This document shows positions 50,331 through 60,018 of a stretch of DNA of 64,000 nucleotides, one piece after another; positions within the stretch are counted from its first letter, which is position 1, and each line of letters starts with the position of its first letter. A model generated the notes under the pieces. That model saw only the letters and a list, made by a program, of their open reading frames with translations, was not told the DNA's origin and ran no database searches. The position numbers and the translations under genes are program-made. Source of the DNA: Syntrophorhabdaceae bacterium (lineage in GTDB: Bacteria; Desulfobacterota; Syntrophorhabdia; Syntrophorhabdales; Syntrophorhabdaceae); assembly GCA_963666485.2 (NCBI GenBank), contig CAXXUO010000002.1, positions 576,001 through 640,000 on the forward strand. The letters are read 5' to 3'.

Positions 50331-51983
50331 TTATCGTCTCTTGTCTTTTTCCAGCTTCCTTTTCTCTTCGTCACGGATCTCGCGGCGGAGGAGCTTGCCG
50401 ACCTTTGATTTCGGGAGCATGTCGCGGAATTCGATGTATCCCGGGACCTTGTACGGGGCGAGCCTGTCCCGGCACCATTTCAGGAGCTCGTTGCTGCCGA
50501 TGCCTTTCGCGTCTTCCTTGAGAACGACGATCGCTTTTATCCTCTCGCCTACCCGCGGGTCGGGGACGCCGATGACACAGGCGCCGATGACGGTCGGATG
50601 GTCCTGCAGGGCGGCCTCGACCTCCGACGCGGAGACGCGGTATGCCTTGTACTTGATGATGTCCGCGGTCCTCTCCACGAACTCCAGTTCCCCTTTGTCG
50701 TTTATCTTTACGTAATCGCCCATGCGGTAATAGATATCGCCGTTCATCTTAACGTAGGAGTACTCTGTTTCTTCGGGCTTGTTGAGGTATTCCTTCAGGG
50801 TGTACGGGGAGGTCACGAGAAGTTCCCCGAGTTCCCCCGGCGGCAGTTTTTCGAGGGTTTCGCGATCGACGACGATCGACTTGCGCGTCTTGAGGGGCGT
50901 CCCGATCACTGTCGGTGAGGGCTCCTGGTTGAGCAGGCTGTACGTGACATGCCCTATTTCCGTCGAGCCGTACACCTGGTAGAGCGGGATCTGGTATTTC
51001 TCGCGCCATGTCTTGAACACCTCGACGGGAAGGACGTCGCCGCCGCAATAGCAGTACCGCAGGGAACTCAGGTCATACTGGTCGAGCCTGTCGTTCTCGA
51101 GCATCATCCGGTAGAGTGCCGGAACGCCGAGCATCCACTTGATCTTGTACCGCTCGATCGCGGACAGGGTCGCGTCGACCTCGGGAAGCGGCAGCAGCAC
51201 GACGGTGTTCCCGTAATTGAACCCGAAGGCGATGGAGAAGCCCTTCGCCATGATGTGGAACAACGGGTTCACCATCAGGACCGTATCCCTTCCCGGCGTC
51301 ACATAGTCCTTTATGACGTCGTCCATGATGTCACGGATGTAGGTGACCTCGCCGATATGGTTTCCCGGGACGCCTTTCGGGAACCCTGTCGTACCGCCCG
51401 TGTACATGATGTAGGACAGGTCCTTTACCGGGTCGATCTCGACCTCTGGCGGAATGGGACGGGATTTGTAGAGGATCTTCGTGAATGAATGTATCTTATC
51501 GCCTTTCGGGACAGTCCCGCGCGGTATTTTGTCGAAAAGGTACCCTATGACCCTTTTCACCGGCGATACGAAGTCGACAAGGTTCGTCACGATCACCCGC
51601 TTGAGATTCGTCCTCTCCATGACCTCTTTCACATACACGAAATTCGTGTCGAGGCAGATGACCGTCTCGATGCCGGCGTCTTTTATCATGTACTCTATTT
51701 CGAACGCCGTATAGATGGGCGATACAGGCACCGTCACCGCGCCTATCCGGTTGATGGCGAAATTCGCGATGATCCACTGCGGGCAGTTCGATATATACAG
51801 CATGACCCGGTCCTGCTTCTTGACGCCGAGGTCTGCGAGCCCCCGGGCAAACTGGTGGACCAGCGTCTCCAGCCGGCCGTACGTGAATACCTCGCCGAGA
51901 TAGATGAGGGCCGGCCGGGATATATATTTCTTGCAGGCTTCTTCAAACCGGGTAAATGTACATTCTTTTTCCAAGGATGTCAT
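50331..51983 (-). CDS. AMP-forming acyl-CoA ligase
   Basis: YTGGTTGFPKG, YGSTE, RMGD, PKSKVGKLLRR. Confidence 0.92.
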   Translation of the reverse strand: MTSLEKECTFTRFEEACKKYISRPALIYLGEVFTYGRLETLVHQFARGLADLGVKKQDRVMLYISNCPQWIIANFAINRIGAVTVPVSPIYTAFEIEYMIKDAGIETVICLDTNFVYVKEVMERTNLKRVIVTNLVDFVSPVKRVIGYLFDKIPRGTVPKGDKIHSFTKILYKSRPIPPEVEIDPVKDLSYIMYTGGTTGFPKGVPGNHIGEVTYIRDIMDDVIKDYVTPGRDTVLMVNPLFHIMAKGFSIAFGFNYGNTVVLLPLPEVDATLSAIERYKIKWMLGVPALYRMMLENDRLDQYDLSSLRYCYCGGDVLPVEVFKTWREKYQIPLYQVYGSTEIGHVTYSLLNQEPSPTVIGTPLKTRKSIVVDRETLEKLPPGELGELLVTSPYTLKEYLNKPEETEYSYVKMNGDIYYRMGDYVKINDKGELEFVERTADIIKYKAYRVSASEVEAALQDHPTVIGACVIGVPDPRVGERIKAIVVLKEDAKGIGSNELLKWCRDRLAPYKVPGYIEFRDMLPKSKVGKLLRREIRDEEKRKLEKDKRR

Positions 51984-51993
51984 GCATCACCCC

Positions 51994-52740
51994 TTACACG
52001 CCGAAATAGGCGGATTTCACGTCGGGATTGTCGAGCAGCTCCTCGCGCGTCCCCGAAAGTACGCTCGAGCCGTTCTCGAGGATATAGCCGTAATCGATGA
52101 TGGGCATGACCGGCCGCGCATACTGCTCGGTGATTATGATCGAGATGCCCTTCGAGTCCCGGATCGCCTTCGTCCCGTTGATGACGATCTCCTGGTAGGC
52201 AGGGCTCAAACCGAGAAGCGGCTCGTCGAGAAGCAGCAGTTTCGGCGACGCCATGAGCGCCCTCCCGATCGCGAGCATCTGCTGCTCGCCGCCGCTCAAA
52301 AAACCGCCCTGCCTTTTGAGGTGGTCCTTCAGGCGCGGGAACAGGTCGAGAACGTACTCCAGGTTCTGTCGCGTTTCCCTGCCGCCCGTCAGGTACGACC
52401 CTATCTTGAGGTTTTCGAGCACCGAGCTTTCCGGGAATATCCTCCTGCGCTCCGGGCACAGCACGATGCCCGCCTTCGCCCGGTTGTGGGGCTTGATCGC
52501 ACTCATGTCCTTCCCATTGAAAAAGACACGGCCGAACACGGATATCCGCTCACCGCCGCGCATCTCCTCCTTCTTCTTGATATCGAGGATGATGCCCGAT
52601 ATGGCGTGCATGAACGTGCTCTTTCCCGCACTGTTGGAACCGAATATCCCGACTATTTTACTGTCCTCACAATTGATGCTGACGTTGTTGAGGGCGATCA
52701 TATTTTCGAAGAACACCATCATCTCAAAGGCTTCGAACAT
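51994..52740 (-). CDS. Liv-type ABC ATP-binding protein (LivF-like)
   Basis: GSNSAGKST, LSGGEQQMLAIGRALM, LDEP. Confidence 0.9.
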   Translation of the reverse strand: MFEAFEMMVFFENMIALNNVSINCEDSKIVGIFGSNSAGKSTFMHAISGIILDIKKKEEMRGGERISVFGRVFFNGKDMSAIKPHNRAKAGIVLCPERRRIFPESSVLENLKIGSYLTGGRETRQNLEYVLDLFPRLKDHLKRQGGFLSGGEQQMLAIGRALMASPKLLLLDEPLLGLSPAYQEIVINGTKAIRDSKGISIIITEQYARPVMPIIDYGYILENGSSVLSGTREELLDNPDVKSAYFGV

Positions 52741-52744
52741 GGAC

Positions 52745-53512
52745 CTACACTCCTTCGCTTCCGAGATATGCCTCGCGCACCCTCTTGTCCTCGATGACGT
52801 CGAGCGGCTGGCCTTCCTGTATCTTTTCGCCGAAATTGAGCGCCATGACCCGCGTGGCAACCTTGAACAGCTCCCGCAGGCGGTGTTCGACCATGATGAG
52901 CGTTATGCCCTCATCCTTCATCTTCTCGATAAGGGGCAGCATGCCTGCGATCTCGCTCATGGAGAGCCCTGAAAAAACCTCGTCGCAGAAGATTATCTCG
53001 GGGCGCAGTGCCATGCAGCGCGCCAGCTCGAGCCTCTTCTGGTACCCCGTCGGCAGGGTCGACGCCATCTTGTACGGCACGCGCGAATCGCGCTCGAACC
53101 CGATCTCTTCCAGGATGTCCACGGCGACAGTGTCCCTGTCCCCGTGCTTGCCGCCCCCGCGCCATCCGCCCGTCTTCCGTGCGCGCGGCGACCACAGCGG
53201 TATGATGAGGTTCTTGTAGGCCGGCAGGGAATGGTAGGGCCTCATGATCTGGAACGTCCGCGCGATCCCGATGTCGGCGATCTTGTGCGGCTTCCAGCCC
53301 GTGATGTCCTGGCCTTTGAACGTCACCTTGCCCGACTCGGTCTTGATGAAGCCGGTAATGCAGTTTATCAGGGTTGTCTTCCCCGACCCGTTCGGGCCGA
53401 TGATGCCGAAGACGTCGCCCTGTTCGATATCGAAGCTCACATCCATGAGCGCCTTCAACCCCCCGAAGGATTTCGTGATGCCCTGTACGGATAAAACCGG
53501 CTGCGCGCTCAT
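52745..53512 (-). CDS. Liv-type ABC ATP-binding protein (LivG-like)
   Basis: FGGLKAL, GPNGSGKTT, ARTFQ, VREAYLG. Confidence 0.9.
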   Translation of the reverse strand: MSAQPVLSVQGITKSFGGLKALMDVSFDIEQGDVFGIIGPNGSGKTTLINCITGFIKTESGKVTFKGQDITGWKPHKIADIGIARTFQIMRPYHSLPAYKNLIIPLWSPRARKTGGWRGGGKHGDRDTVAVDILEEIGFERDSRVPYKMASTLPTGYQKRLELARCMALRPEIIFCDEVFSGLSMSEIAGMLPLIEKMKDEGITLIMVEHRLRELFKVATRVMALNFGEKIQEGQPLDVIEDKRVREAYLGSEGV

Positions 53513-54522
53513 ACCTTCACCCACCTTTCAAACTGATGATACTTCCGCTGAAGGTAGACCATGATCCCCTCACTCTTGAAGACGATAAAACCGGTCAGGA
53601 TGATGCAGTAGATAACGATCCTGAACGTCCCGAACGCGCGCAGGACCTCCGACAGGGGCACGAGTATGAAGGCCCCGATCATCGCGCCCACCAGCGTCCC
53701 GCCGCCCCCGATGACGACCGCGGCGATCGGTATGATGGAGAAGTCAAGGGCGAAGAGCGAGATGCCCGCCCACATGTAAAGGTGCGCTATGTACGCCCCG
53801 GCGAAGCACCCGATGAAGGACGCTATGAAAACAGCGATTATCCTCATTCGGGTGACGCTGATCCCCGAGGCCCTGACTGCCTGGTCATTGTCCTTGACCC
53901 CCCGAAGAACGAGGCCGATATCCTGGTTCACGAACCTGCGCATGCCGAAGAGGAAGATCAACGCAACAATGATGATCGTATAATTTTCAAAATACGGATT
54001 CGGGAATGCGTCGATCCCCGACATGCCGTTCGTCCCGCCCAGGATGTCGAGCGCCTCGATGATCCGGGTGAACAAGAGCGGATACATCAGGGTCACGATG
54101 GCAAAGTAGACGCCCCTCAGCGGTAAACACGGCAGGAGGCACAGGGTGCAGAATGCCGCCCCGGCCAATGTCGCGAGCGGCATGGACAGCCATATCGGCA
54201 TCCCCAGGGTCGTGTTGAATATTGCAGCGAAGTACCCTCCTACCCCCGTAAAAAACGCCCCGCCAAGGCACACAAGGCCCACGTAGTTCGCAAGGAAATC
54301 GAATGACAGCGCCAGGATCGCGTAGGCGCACATGATGTTGATCACCTTTTTCCAGTACGGGGCGAGCTCAAATACGAACGGAAGGGCCAGGAGCCCGACA
54401 ATGAGCAGGAGCCTCGGTCCCATGAGATACAGGATCTCGCGCAGGGACGATATTGCGTAAATGCCTTCCGTCCGGACCTTCAGGCCCCGGTCAATCCTTT
54501 CTTTTCGCATCATCGCGTCCAT
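53509..54522 (-). CDS. Liv-type ABC permease (LivM-like)
   Basis: LRGVYFAIVTL, GGTNG, GG.GTL.G. Confidence 0.88.
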   Translation of the reverse strand: MDAMMRKERIDRGLKVRTEGIYAISSLREILYLMGPRLLLIVGLLALPFVFELAPYWKKVINIMCAYAILALSFDFLANYVGLVCLGGAFFTGVGGYFAAIFNTTLGMPIWLSMPLATLAGAAFCTLCLLPCLPLRGVYFAIVTLMYPLLFTRIIEALDILGGTNGMSGIDAFPNPYFENYTIIIVALIFLFGMRRFVNQDIGLVLRGVKDNDQAVRASGISVTRMRIIAVFIASFIGCFAGAYIAHLYMWAGISLFALDFSIIPIAAVVIGGGGTLVGAMIGAFILVPLSEVLRAFGTFRIVIYCIILTGFIVFKSEGIMVYLQRKYHQFERWVKV

Positions 54523-54523
54523 A

Positions 54524-55393
54524 TCACACCCGCTCTTCCAGTTCTTTTTGTTTACCGAAGATCCCCGACGGCTTGACCAGGAGAGTGAGGATGATAGCGA
54601 GAAGCGCGACCACCATCTGGTAATGGGCCGAAAGGAACGACTCGGTAAGGATCTGCGCGAACCCTATAATGAAGGACGCCACAATGACGCCTCCCCAGCT
54701 CCCCAGTCCCCCGATAACGCAAACCGCTATCGCAAAAATGAGGACATTGTACCCGGTCTCAACGACGATATTTCCCAGGGGAAGAAGTATTATCGCCGCG
54801 AGCCCGGCCAGGGCCGAACCTATACCCAGAGAGAGCACCGCGGTGACGTCCGAGTTGATCCCGAGCATCATGGCTGCCCTCTCATCCTGGGCAATGCCCC
54901 GGAAAGCCAGGCCCATTTTGGTGTACCGTGTGAAAAGGTAGAGAAGGATGAACGTCCCGATGCCGGCCCCGACGATGATGAGGCGCTGGTAATCGACGCT
55001 GACACCGAGTATGTCCACCGAACCGGCAAAGAAGGTGGGCAGGCTGAATGTCCCGCCCCGCAGGCCTCCCCATCGCAAACCCTCGAGAATGGCCAGCCCG
55101 ATGGCGTATGTCGCGATGATCTCGGATATCTCCATACCCCGTATCCTGACCAGTATGAACTGGTAGATGAGGGCCCCGACGATCGCCGTGATCCCTATAC
55201 CCAGGATTATCGCCATTATGTACGGCATCCCCGTGCATTTGTTAACGAACACCCAGGTCAGGTACCCCGCGGTGATATACAGGGCCCCGTGTGCGAAGTT
55301 CGGGACCCTGCTTATCGAGTAAACTAGGGTGAATCCAAGCGATATAAGGGAGAGGGTTATGCTGTTGATTATCCCGTAGACGACAATTTCCAT
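54524..55393 (-). CDS. Liv-type ABC permease (LivH-like)
   Basis: GFTLVYS, NFAHG, IGGLGS, KPSGIFG. Confidence 0.9.
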   Translation of the reverse strand: MEIVVYGIINSITLSLISLGFTLVYSISRVPNFAHGALYITAGYLTWVFVNKCTGMPYIMAIILGIGITAIVGALIYQFILVRIRGMEISEIIATYAIGLAILEGLRWGGLRGGTFSLPTFFAGSVDILGVSVDYQRLIIVGAGIGTFILLYLFTRYTKMGLAFRGIAQDERAAMMLGINSDVTAVLSLGIGSALAGLAAIILLPLGNIVVETGYNVLIFAIAVCVIGGLGSWGGVIVASFIIGFAQILTESFLSAHYQMVVALLAIILTLLVKPSGIFGKQKELEERV

Positions 55394-55414
55394 ACGTCCC
55401 CTCTTTTCTTTCTT

Positions 55415-56674
55415 TTATTTCATCCAGGGCGGAAGCAGGACCTTTCCCTCTGCCGTCTTCGGCGGGAATACCTGGACGCGCTTGCTCTTCTGCCACTGGA
55501 TGATGCCCGTTACCGCGCCTTCCTTCGGGTCGAGCGACGGGATGATCTGGTGTGTCTTCGGGTCGAATTTCATTCTTCCGTACACGCCCTGGAAATCGAG
55601 GTTTTCGAGCGCCGTCACAACCTTGTCGGAATCCGTGGTCCCGGCTTTTTCAATCGCATTCTTGAGCTGGTAGACAGCCATATAGCTCGATGATGTGCCG
55701 TACCCTTCAGGCTCGAGTCCCCATCTTTTCTTGTAGGCGTCGACGAATTTCATCGTCCACGGGGTGATCTTCGCCGGGGCGTTGCCGCCGTTAACGAGGT
55801 TCACGATGAGGTAGTCCCCCTTGCCGCCGGATGCCTTGGCGAAACCGGGCTGCTCCGCGGCGTTCACGAAACCGATGGGAAGCGATTTCATCTTCATGTC
55901 GGCCCACTGTTTCAGGAGGATCGTGCTCTCAGGCATGTCCATCCAGAGGAAAAGTATCTGCGCGCCTTTCTTCGATGCGTCGGAAAGCCCGACGGAGTAG
56001 TCCGTTGTACCGGTAGGGTAGATCTTCGGTGCGATAACGGTCCATCCCTTGTCTGTCAGGGCCTTCTGCATCACCTCGCCGCCCTTGCGGGCATGCTCGA
56101 CGTCCTGAACCATGATGGCTGCCGTCTTGAACCCGTAGCTCTTCCTCAAGTCCTCGAGCATGGTCACGAAGTCGCCCATCATGACGCCGACATGGCTCGT
56201 GTTGCGGAAGCAGTATTTATACTTGGCGTAATTGCCTTCGACCTTTTTATGATAGGCCGGCGTGAGAACACCCGTCGTTACGATGCTCACCCTTTTGTAC
56301 TTGCTGAGGAGGTCCATGGCAGCGAGGGCCGCCTCCGAGCGCACCGGGCCGCCGACGATGAAGTCGGCCTTCTTCTCCAATATCAGCTTCTCAAGCCCGA
56401 GAAGCGCCTCGCTGACGGGGACCCCCGGCTCTAAGTCACGCGTGTCGATGACCTCGACTGCGATCGGCCTCTTGGTCCCGCCGACGTTGACACCCCCGGC
56501 CTTGTTGATCTCCTCGGCCGCGAGCTTTATGCCCCTTTCAGCATCCCAGCCGTACAGAAAAGCTGTCGCAAGCGGAGCACCGATAACGATCGGCTTCTCT
56601 GCCGCGGACATCAAGTTGGGAAAAAATAAAACCACCGCAACCAGGAAAACGATGATATACGTCGCCTTTCTCAT
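55415..56674 (-). CDS. Liv-type periplasmic substrate-binding protein
   Basis: Signal peptide, AAEEINKAGG, type I PBP pattern. Confidence 0.88.
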   Translation of the reverse strand: MRKATYIIVFLVAVVLFFPNLMSAAEKPIVIGAPLATAFLYGWDAERGIKLAAEEINKAGGVNVGGTKRPIAVEVIDTRDLEPGVPVSEALLGLEKLILEKKADFIVGGPVRSEAALAAMDLLSKYKRVSIVTTGVLTPAYHKKVEGNYAKYKYCFRNTSHVGVMMGDFVTMLEDLRKSYGFKTAAIMVQDVEHARKGGEVMQKALTDKGWTVIAPKIYPTGTTDYSVGLSDASKKGAQILFLWMDMPESTILLKQWADMKMKSLPIGFVNAAEQPGFAKASGGKGDYLIVNLVNGGNAPAKITPWTMKFVDAYKKRWGLEPEGYGTSSSYMAVYQLKNAIEKAGTTDSDKVVTALENLDFQGVYGRMKFDPKTHQIIPSLDPKEGAVTGIIQWQKSKRVQVFPPKTAEGKVLLPPWMK

Positions 56675-56727
56675 ACATTCCCTCCCCTTGGCTTTGTATT
56701 ATTGTGCCCTTACCCTGTCGCTAAAAC

Positions 56728-56743
56728 AGCAATAACTATGCCA
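56728..56743 (-). promoter_or_regulatory. sigma54 (-24/-12) promoter of the Liv/CoA-ligase operon
   Basis: TGGCAT-AGTTA-TTGCT matches TGGCAC-N5-TTGC. Confidence 0.85.
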
Positions 56744-56855
56744 CTTTAAACGGCCTCTCCCCGCGGAAGGTACGGAAAGACATATTTTCAGGGGGTTGAG
56801 CGCAGGGAAGGCATCTTTAGTTTTTTATCGCGGGACATGGTCCGAAAAGAGGGAA

Positions 56856-56903
56856 TGAAAGAAATTTTCAATTCCCCGGGTGTGCAATTGAAAGAAATAT
56901 TTA
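56856..56903. promoter_or_regulatory. Paired putative enhancer (UAS) sites
   Basis: TGAAA-N5-TTTCA (56856-70) and TGAAA-N5-ATTTA (56889-903), 33 bp apart, 110-160 bp upstream of the sigma54 promoter. Confidence 0.6.
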
Positions 56904-57074
56904 TTTTGCGGGATGGGGTTTCTTCTTGACGATGCCGGCCCTGTTGATCTCTTTTACCAGGACGTCCTCGGGAATTTCGAGGATGACGCTGGCTTCTTTC
57001 AAGTTCCAGCGCGTCTCTTCGAGGACTTTCCCGATGTGCTCCTTGCGGATCTCTTGCAGGGTCTTCATGGACAT
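56901..57074 (-). CDS. Stand-alone Fis-type HTH protein (57 aa)
   Basis: MSMKTLQEIRKEHIGKVLEETRWNLKEASVILEI resembles the HTH tail of the adjacent regulator. Not in the ORF track. Confidence 0.7.
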   Translation of the reverse strand: MSMKTLQEIRKEHIGKVLEETRWNLKEASVILEIPEDVLVKEINRAGIVKKKPHPAK

Positions 57075-57112
57075 ATCCGGTATTCTGGTTGCAATTGAAG
57101 TGCCAGCGATGA

Positions 57113-58483
57113 TCAGGCGGGTACGGTGATATCGTATTCTTTCAGTTTCTGCCGGAGGGTCGGGCGGGATATTCCCAGGATGTCACACGTTTTGCCGAAA
57201 TGCCACCCGGTGTATTCGAGGACCCTCAGGATATGCACCTTTTCGACGTCATGCAGGGACATCGATCCAGGATGGCTTGCCGCCGCATCCTTCCCGGCCG
57301 GCGGGCCTTTCTCGAGCAGCGCCGCAATGAGTTCATCGAGGATCGCCTCGCCCAGGGTGGAGATGACACCCCGCGTCAGGACATTTTCGAGCTCCCGGAC
57401 ATTGCCGGGCCACTCATAATTGAGCAGCCTTTCCATGGCCCTCTCTTCCACCCGCTTTATAGAGCGGCGCAATTCGCCGTTTATCTTCTTGAGGAGGTAC
57501 TGGACCAGGAGCGGGATGTCGCTTTTGCGCCCGCGAAGCGGGGGGACCCTGATCATCGCGACGCTCAGCCGGTAGAAAAGGTCTTCGCGGAACGTCCCCT
57601 CCCCCACCATGTGCCAGAGGTCGCGGTTCGTCGCCGCAATGACCCGCGCGTTCGACCTCAGGCTTCTTTCGCCGCCGACATGCTCGAACTCTTTTTCCTG
57701 GAGAAATCGCAGGAGCTTCGCCTGGAGCTCGAAGGGGATCTCGCTCACCTCGTCGAGAAAGATCGTCCCCTCTCCCGCGAGCTCGAACTTCCCTTTTTTC
57801 GTCGCGATCGCCCCGGTGAAGGACCCTTTCTCGTGGCCGAAAAGCTCGCTCTCAAGGAGCGTGCCGACGATAGACGAGCAGTTTATCGCAAGGAACGGCG
57901 CGTCCTTGGACGGGCTGTGATAATGGATCGCCTGGGCGATCATCTCTTTGCCTGTCCCTGTCTCGCCTTCGATGAGCACGGTCACCTTGTTCTCCGACAG
58001 GATGCCGATCGCCTTGAATATCTCCTTCATCACCCGGCTCTTGCCGATGATCTTCCCCTTCTCATACGCCAGCGACGGATCGAGCGAGAGGGCGTTCGTC
58101 ATCGTCCCCGGCGCCGCCGCCCGGGCCGCGCGCACGACTGCCTTCTCCAGCTCCTCGATATCGATAGGCTTCGGTATATATTCGCAGGCCCCGTACTTCA
58201 TCGCTTTTATCGTCGTGTCCATGTCGTGGAAGGCGGTTATCATGATGACGTTGTTCTTTTTCGAACCCTCGTGGAAGCCTTTCAGGACCTCGAGCCCGTC
58301 CTTGTCCGGCAGGCGGATGTCCAGTATGACGACATCCGGCGCGAATAATTCGTTCTCGGCTATGGCCTCCGCCGCCGTGGTCGCGCATGCGACATCATAT
58401 CCCTTTTCCGAAAAGAACATTTCCAGGGATTCTAGCAATGACCTTTCGTCGTCGACGATGAGTATCTTCTTTTTTACCGGCAT
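57113..58483 (-). CDS. sigma54-dependent NtrC-family response regulator
   Basis: REC (ILIVDDE, LDIRLP), GETGTGKE, GSFTGA, FREDLFYRL, WPGNVRELEN, Fis HTH. Confidence 0.95.
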   Translation of the reverse strand: MPVKKKILIVDDERSLLESLEMFFSEKGYDVACATTAAEAIAENELFAPDVVILDIRLPDKDGLEVLKGFHEGSKKNNVIMITAFHDMDTTIKAMKYGACEYIPKPIDIEELEKAVVRAARAAAPGTMTNALSLDPSLAYEKGKIIGKSRVMKEIFKAIGILSENKVTVLIEGETGTGKEMIAQAIHYHSPSKDAPFLAINCSSIVGTLLESELFGHEKGSFTGAIATKKGKFELAGEGTIFLDEVSEIPFELQAKLLRFLQEKEFEHVGGERSLRSNARVIAATNRDLWHMVGEGTFREDLFYRLSVAMIRVPPLRGRKSDIPLLVQYLLKKINGELRRSIKRVEERAMERLLNYEWPGNVRELENVLTRGVISTLGEAILDELIAALLEKGPPAGKDAAASHPGSMSLHDVEKVHILRVLEYTGWHFGKTCDILGISRPTLRQKLKEYDITVPA

Positions 58484-59997
58484 CAGGCCTTCCCGACAGG
58501 TATGGCCATCGACAGATGGACGCCGCCTGTCCGTTTCGATGTAATATCGACGCTCCCCCCGTGGGCCTCGATCACCTTCTTGACATTCCACAGGCCGAGA
58601 CCGGTCCCTTTCTTCTTGTTGCTGAAAAAGGGGTCGAACACGTACGGGAGGTCTTCCTGCGCGATGCCGGGCCCGTTGTCGTCGATCGCTATCTCGACAT
58701 GCGACATGCTCCGCGGGGCATATTTGGTGGATATCCCGATCCACCCGTTCGCAGGAACGGCATCGATGGAATTTTGCAGCACATTTATAATGGCCTGCTC
58801 CATCTTGTCCTGGTCGATGAGGATATTCGGGATGGACCGCGAAAATCTCCTGCGGACATCGATACCCTTCTCCTGGAACCTCACGGTCATCATCTCGAGG
58901 CACGACGCGATGACGCGTTTGAGGGATGTGGACTTCAGGTTAAGGCGCAGCGGTTTCGCGAAGTCGAGCATTTCGCTCAAGATCCTCTCGAGCCGCGATA
59001 TCTCCTCGGTCATGATCTCCATGCGCCGCTTGTCGTTCCCGCTGAACTCCAGTTTCTTGAGCAATATCTGGATATTCATCTTCACGGACGAGAGCGGGTT
59101 GCGGATCTCGTGGGCAAGCGACGTCGTCAGCTGCCCGATGTGCGCGAGGCTCTCCGACTCGCGGACCTTTTTCTCCATCTCGACCCTCTCCGTGATATCC
59201 CGGCAGATGCCGGCGGCGGCGGTCTTTCCCCGGTACACGATAAGCTTGACCTTGTTCTCCGTCGGGAGCGCCCGTCCATCCCGGGTCCGGCGGGAATACA
59301 CATAAAGGTCCTGGGCATGGCCCACTTCGACGCGCCGCTCATACAGCTTCTTCACTTCCGACCGTGATTCCGGTGAGATGAAATCGACGTAAGGCCTCCC
59401 GATCACCTCGGCGACCGTGTAATCATGGAGGTCGCAGAACGCCTTGTTCGCAAAGACAATGATCCCGTCCTGGTTGACGAAATACCCGTCGTTGATATCC
59501 TCCACAAGCACGCGGTACTGGGCCTCCGATTCCGCCAGTTCCCGTGTCCTCTTGTCGACCTGTTCCTTCAGGTCCTGTGCATGTTCCCGGATCTGTTTCT
59601 CATGAAGCTGCTGGAAATTGTCGCTGAACCGCGTGATCGTATAGTAGAGGCACTCATTGACCCGTTCGAGCGCCTCCTTCATTTCCCGTTTGCCAAGCTC
59701 CCTCGCCAGCACCGGCGTCGCCACCTTCCGGAACATCTCGTACGCGCCCTGGACCTCCGACAACGAGAAACCCCCCATAAGCCGTATCCCCGTGATCCAC
59801 CGGATGTGGCAATCGATCAGCCGGTAGTCCCGCTCGACCAGCACCGCATAACTCGCATCGAACGCCGCCGCAACAGTAATGTACAGCTCCTCTTTCGGCC
59901 GTGTGCTGTACCGCGGCCCGTTCTCCATTTTAAGACGGTCGATCCATTCTTCGATCAACTCGTCACGGTGCCTTCTCAAAATTTCAGCGATATGCAT
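58483..59997 (-). CDS. PAS sensor histidine kinase with N-terminal RsbRD-like helical domain
   Basis: PAS, AHEIRNPL, N box, DNGPGI, PFFS, GTGLGL; no TM segments. Confidence 0.92.
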   Translation of the reverse strand: MHIAEILRRHRDELIEEWIDRLKMENGPRYSTRPKEELYITVAAAFDASYAVLVERDYRLIDCHIRWITGIRLMGGFSLSEVQGAYEMFRKVATPVLARELGKREMKEALERVNECLYYTITRFSDNFQQLHEKQIREHAQDLKEQVDKRTRELAESEAQYRVLVEDINDGYFVNQDGIIVFANKAFCDLHDYTVAEVIGRPYVDFISPESRSEVKKLYERRVEVGHAQDLYVYSRRTRDGRALPTENKVKLIVYRGKTAAAGICRDITERVEMEKKVRESESLAHIGQLTTSLAHEIRNPLSSVKMNIQILLKKLEFSGNDKRRMEIMTEEISRLERILSEMLDFAKPLRLNLKSTSLKRVIASCLEMMTVRFQEKGIDVRRRFSRSIPNILIDQDKMEQAIINVLQNSIDAVPANGWIGISTKYAPRSMSHVEIAIDDNGPGIAQEDLPYVFDPFFSNKKKGTGLGLWNVKKVIEAHGGSVDITSKRTGGVHLSMAIPVGKA

Positions 59998-60018
59998 GTT
60001 TGATTGTAGCAAAAAAAG

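Noticed and set aside
58484..58903. Long N-terminal extensions in the ORF track (NtrC regulator; likewise LivF, QueF-like, PIN)
   Set aside because: They overlap the upstream genes in another frame; domain starts and SD positions indicate later starts.
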